Source of the DNA: Planktothrix sp. GU0601_MAG3
Lineage (GTDB): Bacteria > Cyanobacteriota > Cyanobacteriia > Cyanobacteriales > Microcoleaceae
Length of the DNA: 64,000 nucleotides
Assembly (NCBI GenBank): GCA_035193785.1
Contig: CP136572.1
Span: 4,212,578 to 4,276,577, forward strand
Direction of reading: 5' to 3'
Shown: one piece after another, positions 12,141 through 24,491 of the stretch
Layout of the letters: every line of letters starts with the position of its first letter
Position numbering within the stretch: position 1 is the first letter of the stretch
The notes under the pieces: model-generated
The model's database searches: none
What the model saw: only the letters and a program-made list of their open reading frames with translations
Told to the model about the DNA's origin: nothing
Position numbers and translations under genes: made by a program

Positions 12141-12762
12141 TCAAGGTTCAACAATAACCGGAGTCCCGACATCAACCTGTTCAAATAAGGCAACAACATC
12201 CTCATTTCGCATCCGCACACAGCCATGGGAAGCCGCCTGTCCAATGGAGTTTACCGTTGGGGTTCCATGGAATCCAATCGCATCTTTTCCATCTGTCCAG
12301 AAGCCAATCCAACGCAATCCCAAGGCCGTATTTGGCCCGGGCGAACGGACTTCTCCCGTCCAGGGATCTTGCCAAACGGGGTTTTCAATTTTTTGCATGA
12401 CTTTAAAATTCCCGGTTGGGGTTTCCCATCCCGCTTTCCCCACCGCCACCGGATAACTAGCAACCACCTGTTCTCCTTGATACAAATAAACCCGGCGCTG
12501 GCCTAACCGTAAAACTAAACGTTTCGGCTGTTTCTAGGGATGGCAAAAACAAGCCCGGGTCATCCAGGGGGGGAACCATGGGGTTTAGGGACTGACTCGG
12601 AATAATTGGAATAGGGTTAGAGGAAGCCGCACTCAGGGTCTCCGGGGCGGGGGCGGTTTGGGATGTACCGGGTTGCTGTACCCCCAAAAATAACGCGGCG
12701 GTTGCGATACCAGCGCCGACTAAATATTGAAATAAACCTTGAGCGCTGACTTTGATGGTCAT
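12141..12762 (-). CDS. L,D-transpeptidase (YkuD family; frameshift near 12521-12534)
   Basis: YPVAVGK..WETPTG, IGFHGT, SHGCVRM; N-terminal signal peptide in the upstream frame. Confidence 0.88.
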
Positions 12763-12887
12763 ATTTGACTCCTCACTTAGAAATAATATTTAGTATTTAC
12801 AAAATACGACTGGGCAAAAATCAAACTGTTCCTTAATTGCAAAGTATAATAGCAAGGCAGCAGCGAGTTACTGCCCCAATTTTATAT

Positions 12888-13994
12888 TTATTTTTTCTTT
12901 TGCAATTCCTTTAAGGCAGCTTGAGCTTTTTGTACCCCTTCCGTATTTCCTTGTTGTTGATAAAGTTCCAGAGCTTTTTGGAAAAATGTGATCGCCTGTG
13001 ACTCCCGGCTCCCCCGACCTTTAATGGCCATTCCCATATTAAAATGGGCGGAAGCATCCTCGGGATTATTTTCAATTACCCGACGGTAACTAATAATTGC
13101 CCCGACATAATCTTCTTTTGCCAGTTGAATTTCACCGAGGGCTGCATTCGCCGCCATCAGGGTCGGTTTTAGGGCTAAAGCCCGTTGATAGGCTTGGCTG
13201 GCGGCTTCTAAGTTCTGTTCTACCCTAAAAATTTCCCCGATTTGGAATTGCACATCGCCATCCCGGGGGGCCAGTTGGGCGGCTTTTTCAAAGGCGGCAA
13301 TTCCGCCATTGCGATCGCCATATTTGAGTAAGGCGGCCCCCAATTTAATCTGGACACTAGCTTCATTCGGGGCTAACATCTCCGCCTGTTGCAGCACTTC
13401 TAAAGCCTTCATCACGTTTTCTTGCTTCAGAAAAGCCATGCCCATAGAAGCATAGGCTTGCCAATTCCTCGGATCAACGGTCAGCAGGGTTTGATAGGCT
13501 CGGATTGCCCCCGCATAGTCTCCTTTTCGGAATAGGGTAGCCGCCAATCCCTGGTGAGCCGGGATGTTGTCCCGTTTGAGCATGGTGGCCCGACGATAGG
13601 CGTCCGCCGCCGCATCATATTGTTGTAAATTGGCGAGGGTAAACCCTAAACCATACTGAAAATCGGCATTATTGGGTTCTAGGATTAAGGCGTTTTGATA
13701 ATATTGGGCGGCTACTTGGAAGTTACCGCGTAATGCTTCTAGGTAGGCAATCCCGGAATAAATTTTGGGGTTTCTAGGATCTAAGGTAACGGCCTGGGTA
13801 TAGATGCTAATGGCACTTTCCACATCTCCCGAATCCACCAACTTCCGACCCTGTTCTAACAAATCATTAAGCTGTTTGTTAGCTTGGGGGTTGGCTTGAG
13901 CTACAATTTCCGTAGCTTGAGCAATTTGGGGTGTACTTATGGCAAGCAAGCCAGCAAATACACTAATAACAAATAATTGAGTTCTATTTGACAC
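12888..13994 (-). CDS. Secreted TPR-repeat protein
   Basis: Signal peptide followed by multiple TPR repeats. Confidence 0.85.
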   Translation of the reverse strand: MSNRTQLFVISVFAGLLAISTPQIAQATEIVAQANPQANKQLNDLLEQGRKLVDSGDVESAISIYTQAVTLDPRNPKIYSGIAYLEALRGNFQVAAQYYQNALILEPNNADFQYGLGFTLANLQQYDAAADAYRRATMLKRDNIPAHQGLAATLFRKGDYAGAIRAYQTLLTVDPRNWQAYASMGMAFLKQENVMKALEVLQQAEMLAPNEASVQIKLGAALLKYGDRNGGIAAFEKAAQLAPRDGDVQFQIGEIFRVEQNLEAASQAYQRALALKPTLMAANAALGEIQLAKEDYVGAIISYRRVIENNPEDASAHFNMGMAIKGRGSRESQAITFFQKALELYQQQGNTEGVQKAQAALKELQKKK

Positions 13995-14175
13995 GGCCTA
14001 TTTTGTGTGAGAAGTTGAGCGAGTTGTCACAGGAGTTCCTAACCGATGGTTAGGGGTGAGATTGATACTGACATACTTCGGGCCATTTGTGAAGCTATCC
14101 GGTTGATCGGATTTCCCCGATTTTTGGGGGTGGGATCTTTCCTCTGGCTGGTCAATTTTATTTAACCTAGGATTT

Positions 14176-14249
14176 GATCCCCCTAAATCCCCCTTAAAAA
14201 GGGGGACTTTGACTTTCCGCTTCCCTTACTAAGGGGGGTCAGGGGGATC
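14176..14249. repeat. REPIN-like inverted pair of GATC-CCCCCTAAATCCCCCTT..AAGGGGG hairpins
   Basis: Starts and ends in GATC; same family as the array at 30207-33598. Confidence 0.75.
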
Positions 14250-14317
14250 TTTCCGTTGTTCAAGTCAAATTATTGTTAGTTTCCCAGTCTATTTTTAACC
14301 TTTTATTTGATTCTTCT

Positions 14318-15154
14318 ATGCGATCGCCCCAACCCCGCAAACAATTCGCTCAACATTGGTTACGCAGCGAAAAAGCCTTGAGTAAAATTGTTAAATCTGC
14401 CCTATTATCCCCATCGGATTGCCTCTTGGAAATTGGCCCAGGAACGGGGATTTTAACCACGCAATTATTATCGGTAGCTCGGTCGGTTGTAGCTGTGGAA
14501 ATTGATCGGGATTTATCTCAAAATTTAGTTAAAAGATTCGGTAATCGGGATAATTTTTTATTACTAGAAGGAGATATTCTCACCTTAGATATTCCGGGTC
14601 AACTCCAAGGTTTTCCTAATTTCCAAAATCCGAATAAAGTCGTTGCCAATATTCCCTATAATATTACTGGGCCGATTGTTGAACAATTGTTAGGAACAAT
14701 TTCTGAGCCTAATCCTCACCCTTATGAATTAATTGTACTATTAGTTCAAAAAGAAGTCGCCCAACGCATCACCGCCAATGCTGGGTCTAAAACCTTTGGG
14801 GCGTTGTCGGTGCGAGTCCAATATCTGGCCAAGTGTGAATATATCTGTGATGTCCCCGCCAAGGCTTTTTATCCGGCCCCTAAAGTCGATTCTGCCGTAC
14901 TGCGTTTAAGTCCCCGTCCCATTGCCCATCCCGCCACCAGCCCGCAATATTTGGAAACCTTACTCAAATTAGGATTTTCCAGTAAACGAAAAATGTTAAG
15001 AAATAATTTACAAAGTGTGATCAGTCGAGATCAATTAACCCAATTACTGGAACAATTAGAGATTAACCCCCAAGTTCGCGCCGAAGACCTCAGCGTTGAA
15101 CAATGGGTTAATTTAGCTAACTTAATGGAAATAACGGATTTAGTCACTGATTAA
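14318..15154 (+). CDS. rsmA: 16S rRNA (adenine-N6,N6)-dimethyltransferase
   Basis: PRKQFAQHWL, LEIGPGTG, VANIPYNIT, PAPKVDSAV. Confidence 0.95.
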   Translation: MRSPQPRKQFAQHWLRSEKALSKIVKSALLSPSDCLLEIGPGTGILTTQLLSVARSVVAVEIDRDLSQNLVKRFGNRDNFLLLEGDILTLDIPGQLQGFPNFQNPNKVVANIPYNITGPIVEQLLGTISEPNPHPYELIVLLVQKEVAQRITANAGSKTFGALSVRVQYLAKCEYICDVPAKAFYPAPKVDSAVLRLSPRPIAHPATSPQYLETLLKLGFSSKRKMLRNNLQSVISRDQLTQLLEQLEINPQVRAEDLSVEQWVNLANLMEITDLVTD

Positions 15155-15184
15155 AAACAGTCTATCTATTTCCTTTCCCCCCCT

Positions 15185-15210
15185 GTAGAGACGTGCCACG
15201 GCGCGTCTAT
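15185..15210. repeat. GTAG-type REP-like palindrome (degenerate copy)
   Basis: GTAGAGACGTGCCACGGCGCGTCTAT. Confidence 0.75.
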
Positions 15211-15244
15211 CTATCCGAATTTCCTGTTTTAATTCCGAATAAAA

Positions 15245-16193
15245 ATGCGTTCCTATTCTTTAATTGCTCCGGCAAAAATCAACCTTTACTTAGAAATTAT
15301 AGGCGATCGCCCCGACGGATATCACGAACTGGCGATGGTGTTACAAAGTATCAGTTTAGCCGATCAAATTGATATTCAATCAATTGGAATTGATGCCATT
15401 CGTGTCCGTTGTGATCATGCAGAAGTTCCCAATGATCACACCAATTTAGCCTATCGAGCAGCGGCGTTATTAGCTAAACAATTCCCCGATGCTATGGCAC
15501 AATTTGGGGGAGTAGAAATTAACATCAAAAAAAATATTCCCATTGCCGCCGGGTTAGCCGGAGGTTTCCACCGATGCGGCGGCGGTTTTAGTGGGTTTAG
15601 ATCTGATGTGGCAATTAGGCTTAACTCAGAGCGAATTAGAAGTATTAGGATCTCAAATTGGTTCCGATGTTCCCTTTTGTATTCAAGGAGGAACCGCCTT
15701 AGCCACCGGACGGGGGGAAGAACTTTCTCCCCTGAAAAATTTAGATCATTTGTATGTAGTTTTAGCCAAATATCGCCACCTGGGAATTTCTACAATTTGG
15801 GCCTATAAAACCTATCGTCAACAGTTTAGCCAGACCTATGTTTCCCAAGCTCAAGATTTAGAAACCCGTCAACACCGAGTTCATTCGGGGCCAATGGTTT
15901 CTGCCATTATGCACGGACAGGGCGCGGAAATTGGTAAATTATTGCACAATGATTTAGAGAAGGTTGCCTTACCTGAACATCCCCAAGTCCTGGAACTGCG
16001 ACAAGCCTTTGAGTCCCAGGGAGTTCTGGGAACCATGATGTCCGGTTCCGGGCCAACGGTTTTCGCCCTAACCGAATCTGAAGCCGAAGCATTACGGGTT
16101 TTAGAAGCAGTTAAAACCCAAATGGCTAACCCGGAATTAGATTTTTGGACAGCAAAATTTGTCTCAACTGGTATTCGTTTATTACAATTATAA
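15245..16193 (+). CDS. ispE: 4-diphosphocytidyl-2-C-methyl-D-erythritol kinase (frameshift at 15564-15568)
   Basis: APAKINLYL, KNIPIAAGLAGGS (restored), GSDVPF, MSGSGPTVF; follows rsmA. Confidence 0.94.
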
Positions 16194-16196
16194 ACC

Positions 16197-16532
16197 ATGA
16201 ATAAAAATACTCCTAAAACCTCTGAAATTTCCTCAAAAACGGATTCAGTTAATTTATTCCGTTGTATTAGTAATGCGGGGATTTATGCCGCCGTTGCCTT
16301 CGGTTTGTATAATGTAACCCATGCTATTTCTGGAAAGTTTGCAGCCAAACCTATCCATTCTGAGAATTTTACCGTGATCCAAATGTCAGCAGCCGTTCGG
16401 ACTCTGGTGGTTGGTGTATTGACGATGGGAACGGTTTTATTTGCTTTCCTAGCTGTAGGATTAATCGGATTAGCTTTTTACGTTAGTATTCAACGGTTAA
16501 TTAAACCTAAGATTCCTTCCTCTGATGGTTGA
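16197..16532 (+). CDS. DUF3082-like membrane protein
   Basis: Two TM segments, ..AVRTLVVG.. motif, usual position after ispE in cyanobacteria. Confidence 0.7.
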   Translation: MNKNTPKTSEISSKTDSVNLFRCISNAGIYAAVAFGLYNVTHAISGKFAAKPIHSENFTVIQMSAAVRTLVVGVLTMGTVLFAFLAVGLIGLAFYVSIQRLIKPKIPSSDG

Positions 16533-16543
16533 AAAATGGTATA

Positions 16544-16612
16544 CCTATTCCCTATTCCCTATTCCCTATTCCCTATTCCCTATTCCCTGTTCCCTGTTCC
16601 CTATTCCCTATT
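16544..16612. repeat. Heptamer tandem repeat (CCCTATT/CCCTGTT)n
   Basis: About 10 tandem copies read directly. Confidence 0.9.
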
Positions 16613-16621
16613 TCTTAAAGG

Positions 16622-19101
16622 TTATCGACAACTTAGTGCGGATTTTGGATAAGCAATCCGTTTGTGATTAACTTGTTCCCAAACTCGCACAAAGATTTCA
16701 GCAATTTTTGCCATTTCTGCCCGGGTTAAACCCGAATCAATTAATTGATTATCTTGCCATCGAGCCTTTAATATTTTATTCACCATATTTAATGCTTCTT
16801 CGTGGGTGGCATCTTTGAGCGATCGCAATGCCGCCTCACAGGAATCTGCTAACATAACAATACCCGTTTCTTTCGATTGGGGAATCGGCCCATCATAGCG
16901 AAAATCTTCTTCCCGGACTTCCAATTCAGGATTTTCTTTAGCTAGTTGTTGGGCTTGATAATAGAAATAAGCAATCTGCATACTGCCTTGATGTTCAGGA
17001 ATAAACGATTGAATTGCTTTAGGTAAACGGTATTTTTTCGCCATTACTAACCCCTCACTAACGTGCTTTTTAATGATTTTGGCACTTTCCCAAGGGTTAT
17101 CAATCGTATCATGTTTATTTGTTCCCCCCATTTGATTTTCAATAAATCCTAAAGGGTCGTGCATTTTTCCAATATCATGATATAAAGTTCCCGTTCTCAC
17201 CAATTCCACATTACAGCCCAATTCTTGAGCAGCGGCTTCGGCTAAAGTGGCGACAAACATTGTATGTTGAAAAGTTCCAGGTGCTACGGTCGCCAATTTT
17301 TTTAATAACGGTCGATTGGGATTTGCTAACTCAGCTAATCTAATCGGAGTAATTAAATCAAACAGATGTTCTAAATAGGGACTTAACCCCAAGGCAATAA
17401 TACTCCAGGATACTCCTTCTAATACTTGTAATCCCACAACCTTGAGCAGAACATACCAAATTGATCCCGCCGTAGCACTCGCTATTAAATTAAAAATTAA
17501 GTAAACAGCACCTTGAGCAATTCCCACCTCCAATCCTAATAATGCTAATTCTTCTCGACTGCGAGATTGTCCCGCCAAAAGACTTCCGACTAATCCCCCC
17601 ACAACACTTGATAACAAGTGAAAGCTATCAATTTCCATCCCAATCGGTAATAAAATTGAAAGTAGACCCACCACCGTTACTCCCACGGCCGAAACCATAA
17701 AAACTGCCCACCAATAATCCCACCGCAGGTAAATTAATTAGAGGTAATTTTAATAAAATAATAATTGGCGTACTCAGGGTTAGCAATAATAATAAAAGCC
17801 GATCTCGACGACGTAAACCTCTATGAAATTTCCACTCAACCAATAAAACAATTCCAACTCCGGCACTCACTAACCCCACTAAATTAATTAATCCTTTTGA
17901 ATTAATCCCCCGTTCACTCAAACCAAAATAATCCAGTAAGACAAAATCCCGTTGGGTAATTTTTTGTCCTCTATTAACAATAACTTCTCCCTTATTAATA
18001 TTTACTAAAACCGGTTCAATTTTTTGTGCAACTAACTCCGCTCGACGACGGGTGGCCTCGGGATCTTTAACTAAATTTGCTTTTAAAATTTCGTTTAATA
18101 AATCCGTAGCAAATAATTGAGTTTCTAAGGGAATCGTATATTTAACATGGACTTCAATGGCTTTTTTCAGAATTTCATCAGGTAGGCCAGGAGCAATCCC
18201 CTGAGCTAACATTTCCTCGGTAATTTGAGTAATTCCTTGTTGAGTTTGTAACCAGGTTGGATCAGACCAGCCAAAGATGGACTCACTATAAAAGACTTTT
18301 TGATCAGCTAAAGATTCCTGAGAAAAGGCATTCAATGATGCGGCATATCGCCAACGGGCTTGGGTCACATCGGATAATAATTGTGAAAATTCAATCGGGG
18401 TGGTTTGCTGACGATAAGCCTGTAATTGTGTGAGGGTGTGTTGGCGAATTTCGACTAAGTTGGCCTCTTGCCAATCGGTAAATTTGGTTGGGGTTTTTTT
18501 ATTTGGGGTTTTTGATGGGTTAGTTGGGGGAATTTGTACAATCACCTGTTCGACTTGGGCGATTAAATCTTGCCATTCTCGTTCTGGAACCCCGCGCAAG
18601 TAACCCTGAACTTCCGTTGATAAAATTCCCGTATTCACAAAAGGAAAAGGTTCGGCAATATTGCGGATAGATGTCCCCTGGGCTAATACTTTTTGAATGG
18701 TTTGAGCAATATCTTGATTAACGGCATTGTCAATCACTAAAACGGGAATAGCACCTATTTCAGCGGCTTTACGTTTTTCATCGGTGGTTTTTAGGTCAGG
18801 AACACTGGCATCCCAGGGGGCATTAATGGTTTCCTCGGCAATGCGACCGACATCTAATTTGGGTTGGTTGTAAAATCGAACACCGATAACGCTGGTTAAG
18901 GAAACTACACTCAACAGAAAAAAGCCTGGACTGGTCAGGGAAACTGAATTTTTTTTTGACTTTTCGGGGTTGACGATTGAATAACAATGAAGGGTTGGAA
19001 CTGGATGATTTCGTGGGTGAAGACTGTGTAGGGGGCGAGGCGGGATGGACGCGGCTACAAAGCCGTTCAATCTGTTGCGTCAGAGTAGGTCGCGTATTCA
19101 T
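16622..19101 (-). CDS. 7TM-HD (HDIG) phosphohydrolase, PgpH-like cyclic di-AMP phosphodiesterase (frameshifts at 17691-17695 and 18940-18944)
   Basis: Extracellular domain, TM block, APGTFQHT, YHDIGK, MLADSCEAA. Confidence 0.88.
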
Positions 19102-19170
19102 CTGCTTGGAAACTAGATCAAGGGGTTTAGCAGCCGTTTGAACTTAATTGTATAGTATTGTTTTGAGTTT

Positions 19171-20151
19171 TTAGGGAAAGCCAATGACCATTGGTTTTAA
19201 AGGGCGATATACCCCTGACCAAAGGGCAAACAGACCCTGTGCCAAATGTAGCAGTTCTTCCTGAGTGGGGTCGAGTTTTACAGGATTATTTTCGATTTCT
19301 GGATGAGTTAAAGACCAAATAGAGGGGTCTTGAAACTCCAAACGCCATTTTACCGGAATGGCGATTAAGCCTTGATAGGCACCGGATAAAGCCCCGCCAA
19401 TGGCTGCGGTGATTTCGGGTTGATATCCTGTTTGTCGGCATCGCCAAACCGTTAAGGAATAGTCTTCTGGGGTGCTGAGGAAACAATAGAAGCCCAGGGC
19501 CAGGGCTGTCCAATTTTCCGGCTCGAAATGATTGGGGACGGTCGGTTGAGGAGAACGACTCAGTTTGGGGGTTTGGGTCAGTTGACGAACTGCCGTTTCT
19601 AAGGTGGCTTTTTGCTGTAGGAGGGTTTGAGCCTGTTGCAATTTAGCGGTTAAGGCTGATTCGGTTGGTAACAGCTTTAACAAATTGGGAATCAGTTGAT
19701 GGAGTTCTGGACTTTGAGTCAGAATCTGGGCGATCGCAACCGCCATGACCAAAACCCCATCCCAAACACTGGCCAGATGTTCCGGGCTATTCAATCTTAA
19801 CTTTTGTAGGGAACTCAGATTATCGTGAAAAAATAGGGCTAGTGGGAAGCCAGCAATAGCCACCTCACTCCCGGAATTTAACGCCTGTGGGTATGGACTA
19901 GCAGGTTTTTGAGGAATTTCCCATTTTTGAGATTTTTCCCTGTGGTTTGCCACCAATGCCCAGTAGTCAAGGGCATGAAATCCCTGGTGTTGAATTAAGC
20001 TTTGGGCGAGTCCGGGAATTAGTTCCAGACAATTTAGGGAAGAATCGGAAGATCGGGTTTCAGGCCGGGGTTTCAGTTGACCCAACTGATAACCGAGGAC
20101 TATTCCTAGAAAAGCCCCTTGAAATTGGCTGGATAGTGAATATGGCTTCAT
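19171..20151 (-). CDS. ADP-ribosylglycohydrolase-fold protein with degenerate active site
   Basis: FQGAFLG...LG start and [17 protein letters not shown] end match the ARH family; the acidic metal-binding motifs are not evident. Confidence 0.7.
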   Translation of the reverse strand: MKPYSLSSQFQGAFLGIVLGYQLGQLKPRPETRSSDSSLNCLELIPGLAQSLIQHQGFHALDYWALVANHREKSQKWEIPQKPASPYPQALNSGSEVAIAGFPLALFFHDNLSSLQKLRLNSPEHLASVWDGVLVMAVAIAQILTQSPELHQLIPNLLKLLPTESALTAKLQQAQTLLQQKATLETAVRQLTQTPKLSRSPQPTVPNHFEPENWTALALGFYCFLSTPEDYSLTVWRCRQTGYQPEITAAIGGALSGAYQGLIAIPVKWRLEFQDPSIWSLTHPEIENNPVKLDPTQEELLHLAQGLFALWSGVYRPLKPMVIGFP

Positions 20152-20627
20152 GGAGAGGATTCTAAAGGTTTTTGCCCCTGCAAATGATGAACCAAAGCCT
20201 GTAGTCCCAAGCGGTAACTTTCTGCTCCAAATCCACTAATTTGTCCAACCGACACTGCTGCGATCAAAGAATGATGCCGGAACGCTTCTCGACGGTAAAT
20301 ATTGCTTAGATGTACCTCAACGGTGGGAATTCCGACTCCTGAGATCGCATCTCGAAGGGCAATACTGGTGTGAGTGTAGGCTCCAGCATTAATTAGCAAG
20401 CCTTGGTGTTGCCCGAATGCGGAGTGTATTGCATCCACCAAAACCCCTTCGTGGTTAGACTGGACGATTGAGAGCTTAACAGGGAGTAACTGAGCTTCCT
20501 GTTCCAACAATCGATTAATCCCTTCTAACGTTGTTTTCCCGTAAATTTCGGGTTCTCGCTGACCCAAGAGATTCAAATTGGGGCCATGCAATACTAAAAG
20601 ACTTAGCAACGGAGTAACCTTTATCAA
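20148..20627 (-). CDS. aroQ: Type II 3-dehydroquinate dehydratase
   Basis: [34 protein letters not shown]. Confidence 0.96.
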   Translation of the reverse strand: MIKVTPLLSLLVLHGPNLNLLGQREPEIYGKTTLEGINRLLEQEAQLLPVKLSIVQSNHEGVLVDAIHSAFGQHQGLLINAGAYTHTSIALRDAISGVGIPTVEVHLSNIYRREAFRHHSLIAAVSVGQISGFGAESYRLGLQALVHHLQGQKPLESSP

Positions 20628-20639
20628 ATGTTAAATTAA

Positions 20640-20777
20640 CTACCTCCGACGGCGGGGCTGATCAACTGGTACGGGAATCGGCTCTACTTCGGGTTGAGTC
20701 GCCGGGCCTAACAGGGCATCAATAAGCTCCTGCGCCCATTCTTTTAACTTTTCCAGTATTCTATCAATGTATTCCAT
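20640..20777 (-). CDS. Small 45-aa protein MEYIDRILEKLKEW...PIPVPVDQPRRRR
   Basis: GAGGAG SD upstream of the ATG at 20777; amphipathic helix and PIPVPV tail; stop 12 nt before aroQ. Confidence 0.65.
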   Translation of the reverse strand: MEYIDRILEKLKEWAQELIDALLGPATQPEVEPIPVPVDQPRRRR

Positions 20778-21281
20778 TGAACAAAAAGCTCCTCGCTGTA
20801 AACTAGCTACGCAATCGGACTGGGGGTCAAGGTTAACCGAATGGTTAGCCCAATCACCGCATAAAGCTGAAAACCTAGGCTTGCTATGGGTTAGCAAGTT
20901 TTATCCCTAACAGATATCTTTTCTATATTTCCCATCCTATTATATTACCTCAATTCTAGCTCAAAATTCCATAAAAGTTTCTAAAATTTTTAGCACTTGG
21001 TAATAGGACATCCTAGAATAATCTCTTTAATTTAGGGGATTTTCACAGCCGTAACCATCTCCTATAGCCATGGCATTTAGGATTAATTGAAAACTGGTTT
21101 AATCTGGGTCGCTAATTCACAAATGCCTAACTCAAACAAACCGAGAGAGACACTGTACTAGCTCCATCTTACCAATTTTCCCAATGGGGGTGAGGCATGA
21201 AATCGAACAACACTACCTCTAGCATAACGAATCTTTACAAGTTTAGGCAATAGCTTAACAATTTCTTGTTTCTTGGAACCA

Positions 21282-22539
21282 TCAACCCTGACCAATCAGA
21301 TGACGACGCAGAAAGTCAAGGGCCGTATTGCTACTTACCCGCCGTATCCAGTCCCGACCTCGTTTTTCCCCAAACCGACATTCCAGACTCTCTACTTGGC
21401 CCTGGGGCGTCGCTAAACCAATGTAAACCAGTCCGACGGGTTTGGTCGCCGTCCCTCCCCCTGGCCCGGCAATTCCGGTAATACTTAAACCCCAAGTGGT
21501 TTGTAAAAGATTTTTCACACCGATGGCCATTTGTTCGGCTACGACGGCACTCACGGCCCCGTATTCCTCTAAATCATCGGGGTTGACCTGGAGGACGGCA
21601 GCTTTAACCCGATTATGATAGGCAATTACACCCCCAAGAAAATATTCAGAAACTGCCGGGAATTTGGGTTAGGGTTTGTCCTAAACCTCCGCCAGTACAG
21701 GATTCGGCCACACTCAAGGTGGCTTGATTTTGTTGCAATAATTCCCCCACCACCGAGGCTAGGGTTTGATCATTGGCCCCATAACAATCGAGTCCTGCAA
21801 TTTCTCTTAGTTGGGTTGCAATTGGGGTAATTAATTGTTGGGCAATTTCTGGAGAGTCCGCCCGGGCAGAAATTCTTAATTTCACCTCTCCATGGTTAGC
21901 ATAGGGGGCAACGGTGGGATTTTTTAGATCTAAAAACGGAGCGACTTTTTCGGCTAAAGTGGATTCGGCTATGCCCCAAAATTTGAGGGTACAACTTTGA
22001 ATAATTCCTTGACACCAATTGTTATTTTTTAGATAGGGAATTGCTACATCTGACCACATTTGATAGAGTTCTGCGGGAACCCCAGGAAAGGTTAAAATTG
22101 TCAGCCCATCTCCCCGGGGTTTCCAGATAATTCCGGGGGCTGTTCCGGTTAAGTTGGCTAGAATTTCTGCCCCTTGGGGAATTAGGGCTTGTTTGCGATT
22201 ACTCGCCGACATCACCCGTCCCCGTTGATTAAATTTTTCAGTGATATCTGCAATAATTTCTGGTCTTTCTATTAGGGGAAATCCAAAAAAATCAGCGATG
22301 GTTTCAACGGTTAAATCATCAGGAGTCGGCCCTAAACCTCCGGTGAAAATCAATAATTGGGAGCGTTCAGAGGCGATCGCAATTACTTTTTTTAGGCGTT
22401 CTCGATTATCTCCGACCACACTTTGATAATAATGGGGAATGCCTAATTGAGCCAATTGTTGTCCCAAAAACTGAGCATTGCTATTGAGAATATCACCCAA
22501 AAGTAATTCCGTACCGACACAAATAATTTCAGCAACCAT
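21282..22539 (-). CDS. cinA: Competence/damage-inducible protein CinA (frameshift at 21649-21653)
   Basis: AEIICVGTELLLG, GGLGPTPDD, AESCTGG, SITGIAGPGG..KPVG. Confidence 0.93.
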
Positions 22540-22628
22540 ATTTTATCTAAAAATTGTAGGATTTTTGGATTTAATCTAAAGTAAAGGCAGGGGCGAGGTT
22601 TTGCTACCCCTATAAACCCTTGACTAAG

Positions 22629-23722
22629 TTAAGAATTCAAACGTTTTTGTTTAGCTTTATAGCTACGAAATGTGGTGACAATTAAGGTAATAATTGTAAT
22701 CGGAATTACAAAACTGATCATCACCAAATTAAACAGGGGAAGTTGAGAATGTTGGGAGGAATCTAGGATTAAATAGAGAGCATAGGCAAAATAATAGGCT
22801 AGAAAAAGTACCCCTTCCCAACGGTCAATAGATTTGCCCGTATAAAAAATTGGGAAACAGGAAATTGCCACGGCAATCATCACTGGGATATCAAAATTTA
22901 AGGCAGCAGTAGAAACATTAATTCCTTCGGGGGAAATAGCAGAGGAGAGTCCTAAAACTGCTAGAATATTAAAAATATTGCTGCCGATGACATTCCCAAC
23001 GGCAATATCCCGTTCTCCTTTAATTGTAGCCACAACGGAACTGGCTAATTCTGGCAGGGAAGTTCCGGCGGCTACAATAGTTAATCCGATGACTAATTCA
23101 CTAACTCCAATGGCTCTAGCGATGGAAATTGAACTTTCAACCAGCCAATTAGACCCTTGAACTAATAATACCAATCCAATCCCAATAAAACTGATATTAA
23201 TAATCCAGTTTTTTGGGGTATTTTTAACTATATTCTGGGATTCATTTTCCGAAGATTCCTCATTTTTTTGTTTCTTGGCTTCATAAATTAAAAACAGAGT
23301 ATAAACAACTGCCCCAATAAATAAAATCGTGCCATCAACCCGGCTAATTTTGCCATCACTGCCAAACATTAAGGTTAAAACAGATACGCCAATCATAATT
23401 GGAACATCTAACCGAATTAACTGATTAGCTACCATTAAAGGAGCAATTAAAGCCGAAATTCCTAATATGATTAACACATTAAAAATATTGCTTCCAACTA
23501 CATTTCCTAATGCAATATCGGGTTGACCAGCAAAAGCTGATTGAACACTAACTGACATTTCGGGAGAACTGGTTCCATAAGCAACAATTGTTAGCCCCAC
23601 AAGTAAGGAAGGAATTCCCAAAATTGAAGCAATGGTTGAGGCGCCACGAACTAATAGTTTTCTGCTCCCAAAACCAGTAGGACTAAACCCGCTATCAGTA
23701 ACAAAATCACGCTCAAGCTCAT
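22629..23722 (-). CDS. Calcium/sodium antiporter (YrbG/CaCA family; +2 frameshift near 23657-23662)
   Basis: Alpha repeats GTSSPE..GNVVGSN and GTSLPE..GNVIGSN; the first TM helix MSLSVILLLIAGLVLLVLGAE is in another frame. Confidence 0.88.
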
Positions 23723-23907
23723 ACAATAAAAATCCTTAACCGTTAAAATTTGGTCTTTTTGTTTACAATCAAAGATCACAACGCCTTTTGTCAATTTATC
23801 ATGGTTTTAATCGACTTTGTTATTGGGGGTGTGGTAAAGTGGAGGGGTTGGGATTTCGACCCCTATAGACCTAATTTGTTTAAACCATAAATTTTGAGGA
23901 ATAAAAC

Positions 23908-24459
23908 ATGACCTATTCAGAAGATTTAACCACCTTGGTTGTTGTCGCTTATCCTGAGCAAGAAAAAGCCAAAGAAGTTTTAAAAGAACTCAAGGAATTA
24001 CAAGCACAAGGAATTATTTCGATTGTCAATGCTGCGGTGATGGTTAAGAATGAAAAAGGGAAAGTTGCGATTAGTGAAACCGGAGATACGGACGCTAAGG
24101 GTGGAGCCATTATTGGCGGGATTACGGCGGGATTAATTGCCCTATTTAACCCGATTGGAGCATTAGGAGTAATTGCCTTAACCGCAGGTGGGGCAGGAGT
24201 TGGAGCCTTAATTACCCATTTTATTGATTTGGGATTTCCCCAAGAAGATCTCAAAGAATTGTCGGAATCCTTAACCCCGGGAAGTTCGGCAATTATTGCC
24301 TTAGTTGAGCATACTTGGGTTGATAAATTAACGGAAACTTTAGAGGAGTATGCCGGAAAAATGTATAAACGTTCGATTAAATCGGATATTGCTTCTCAAC
24401 TGGAAACAACAGCAAAAACAGTCAATACTGAAGTGGAATCTACACCGCCAGAAGCTTAA
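23908..24459 (+). CDS. DUF1269-like glycine-zipper membrane protein
   Basis: GGAIIGG..G glycine zipper, L.PGSSAIIALV; GAGG SD. Confidence 0.75.
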   Translation: MTYSEDLTTLVVVAYPEQEKAKEVLKELKELQAQGIISIVNAAVMVKNEKGKVAISETGDTDAKGGAIIGGITAGLIALFNPIGALGVIALTAGGAGVGALITHFIDLGFPQEDLKELSESLTPGSSAIIALVEHTWVDKLTETLEEYAGKMYKRSIKSDIASQLETTAKTVNTEVESTPPEA

Positions 24460-24491
24460 TTAGTTTGATCAAGAATAGGTGGGTTTTCCAC

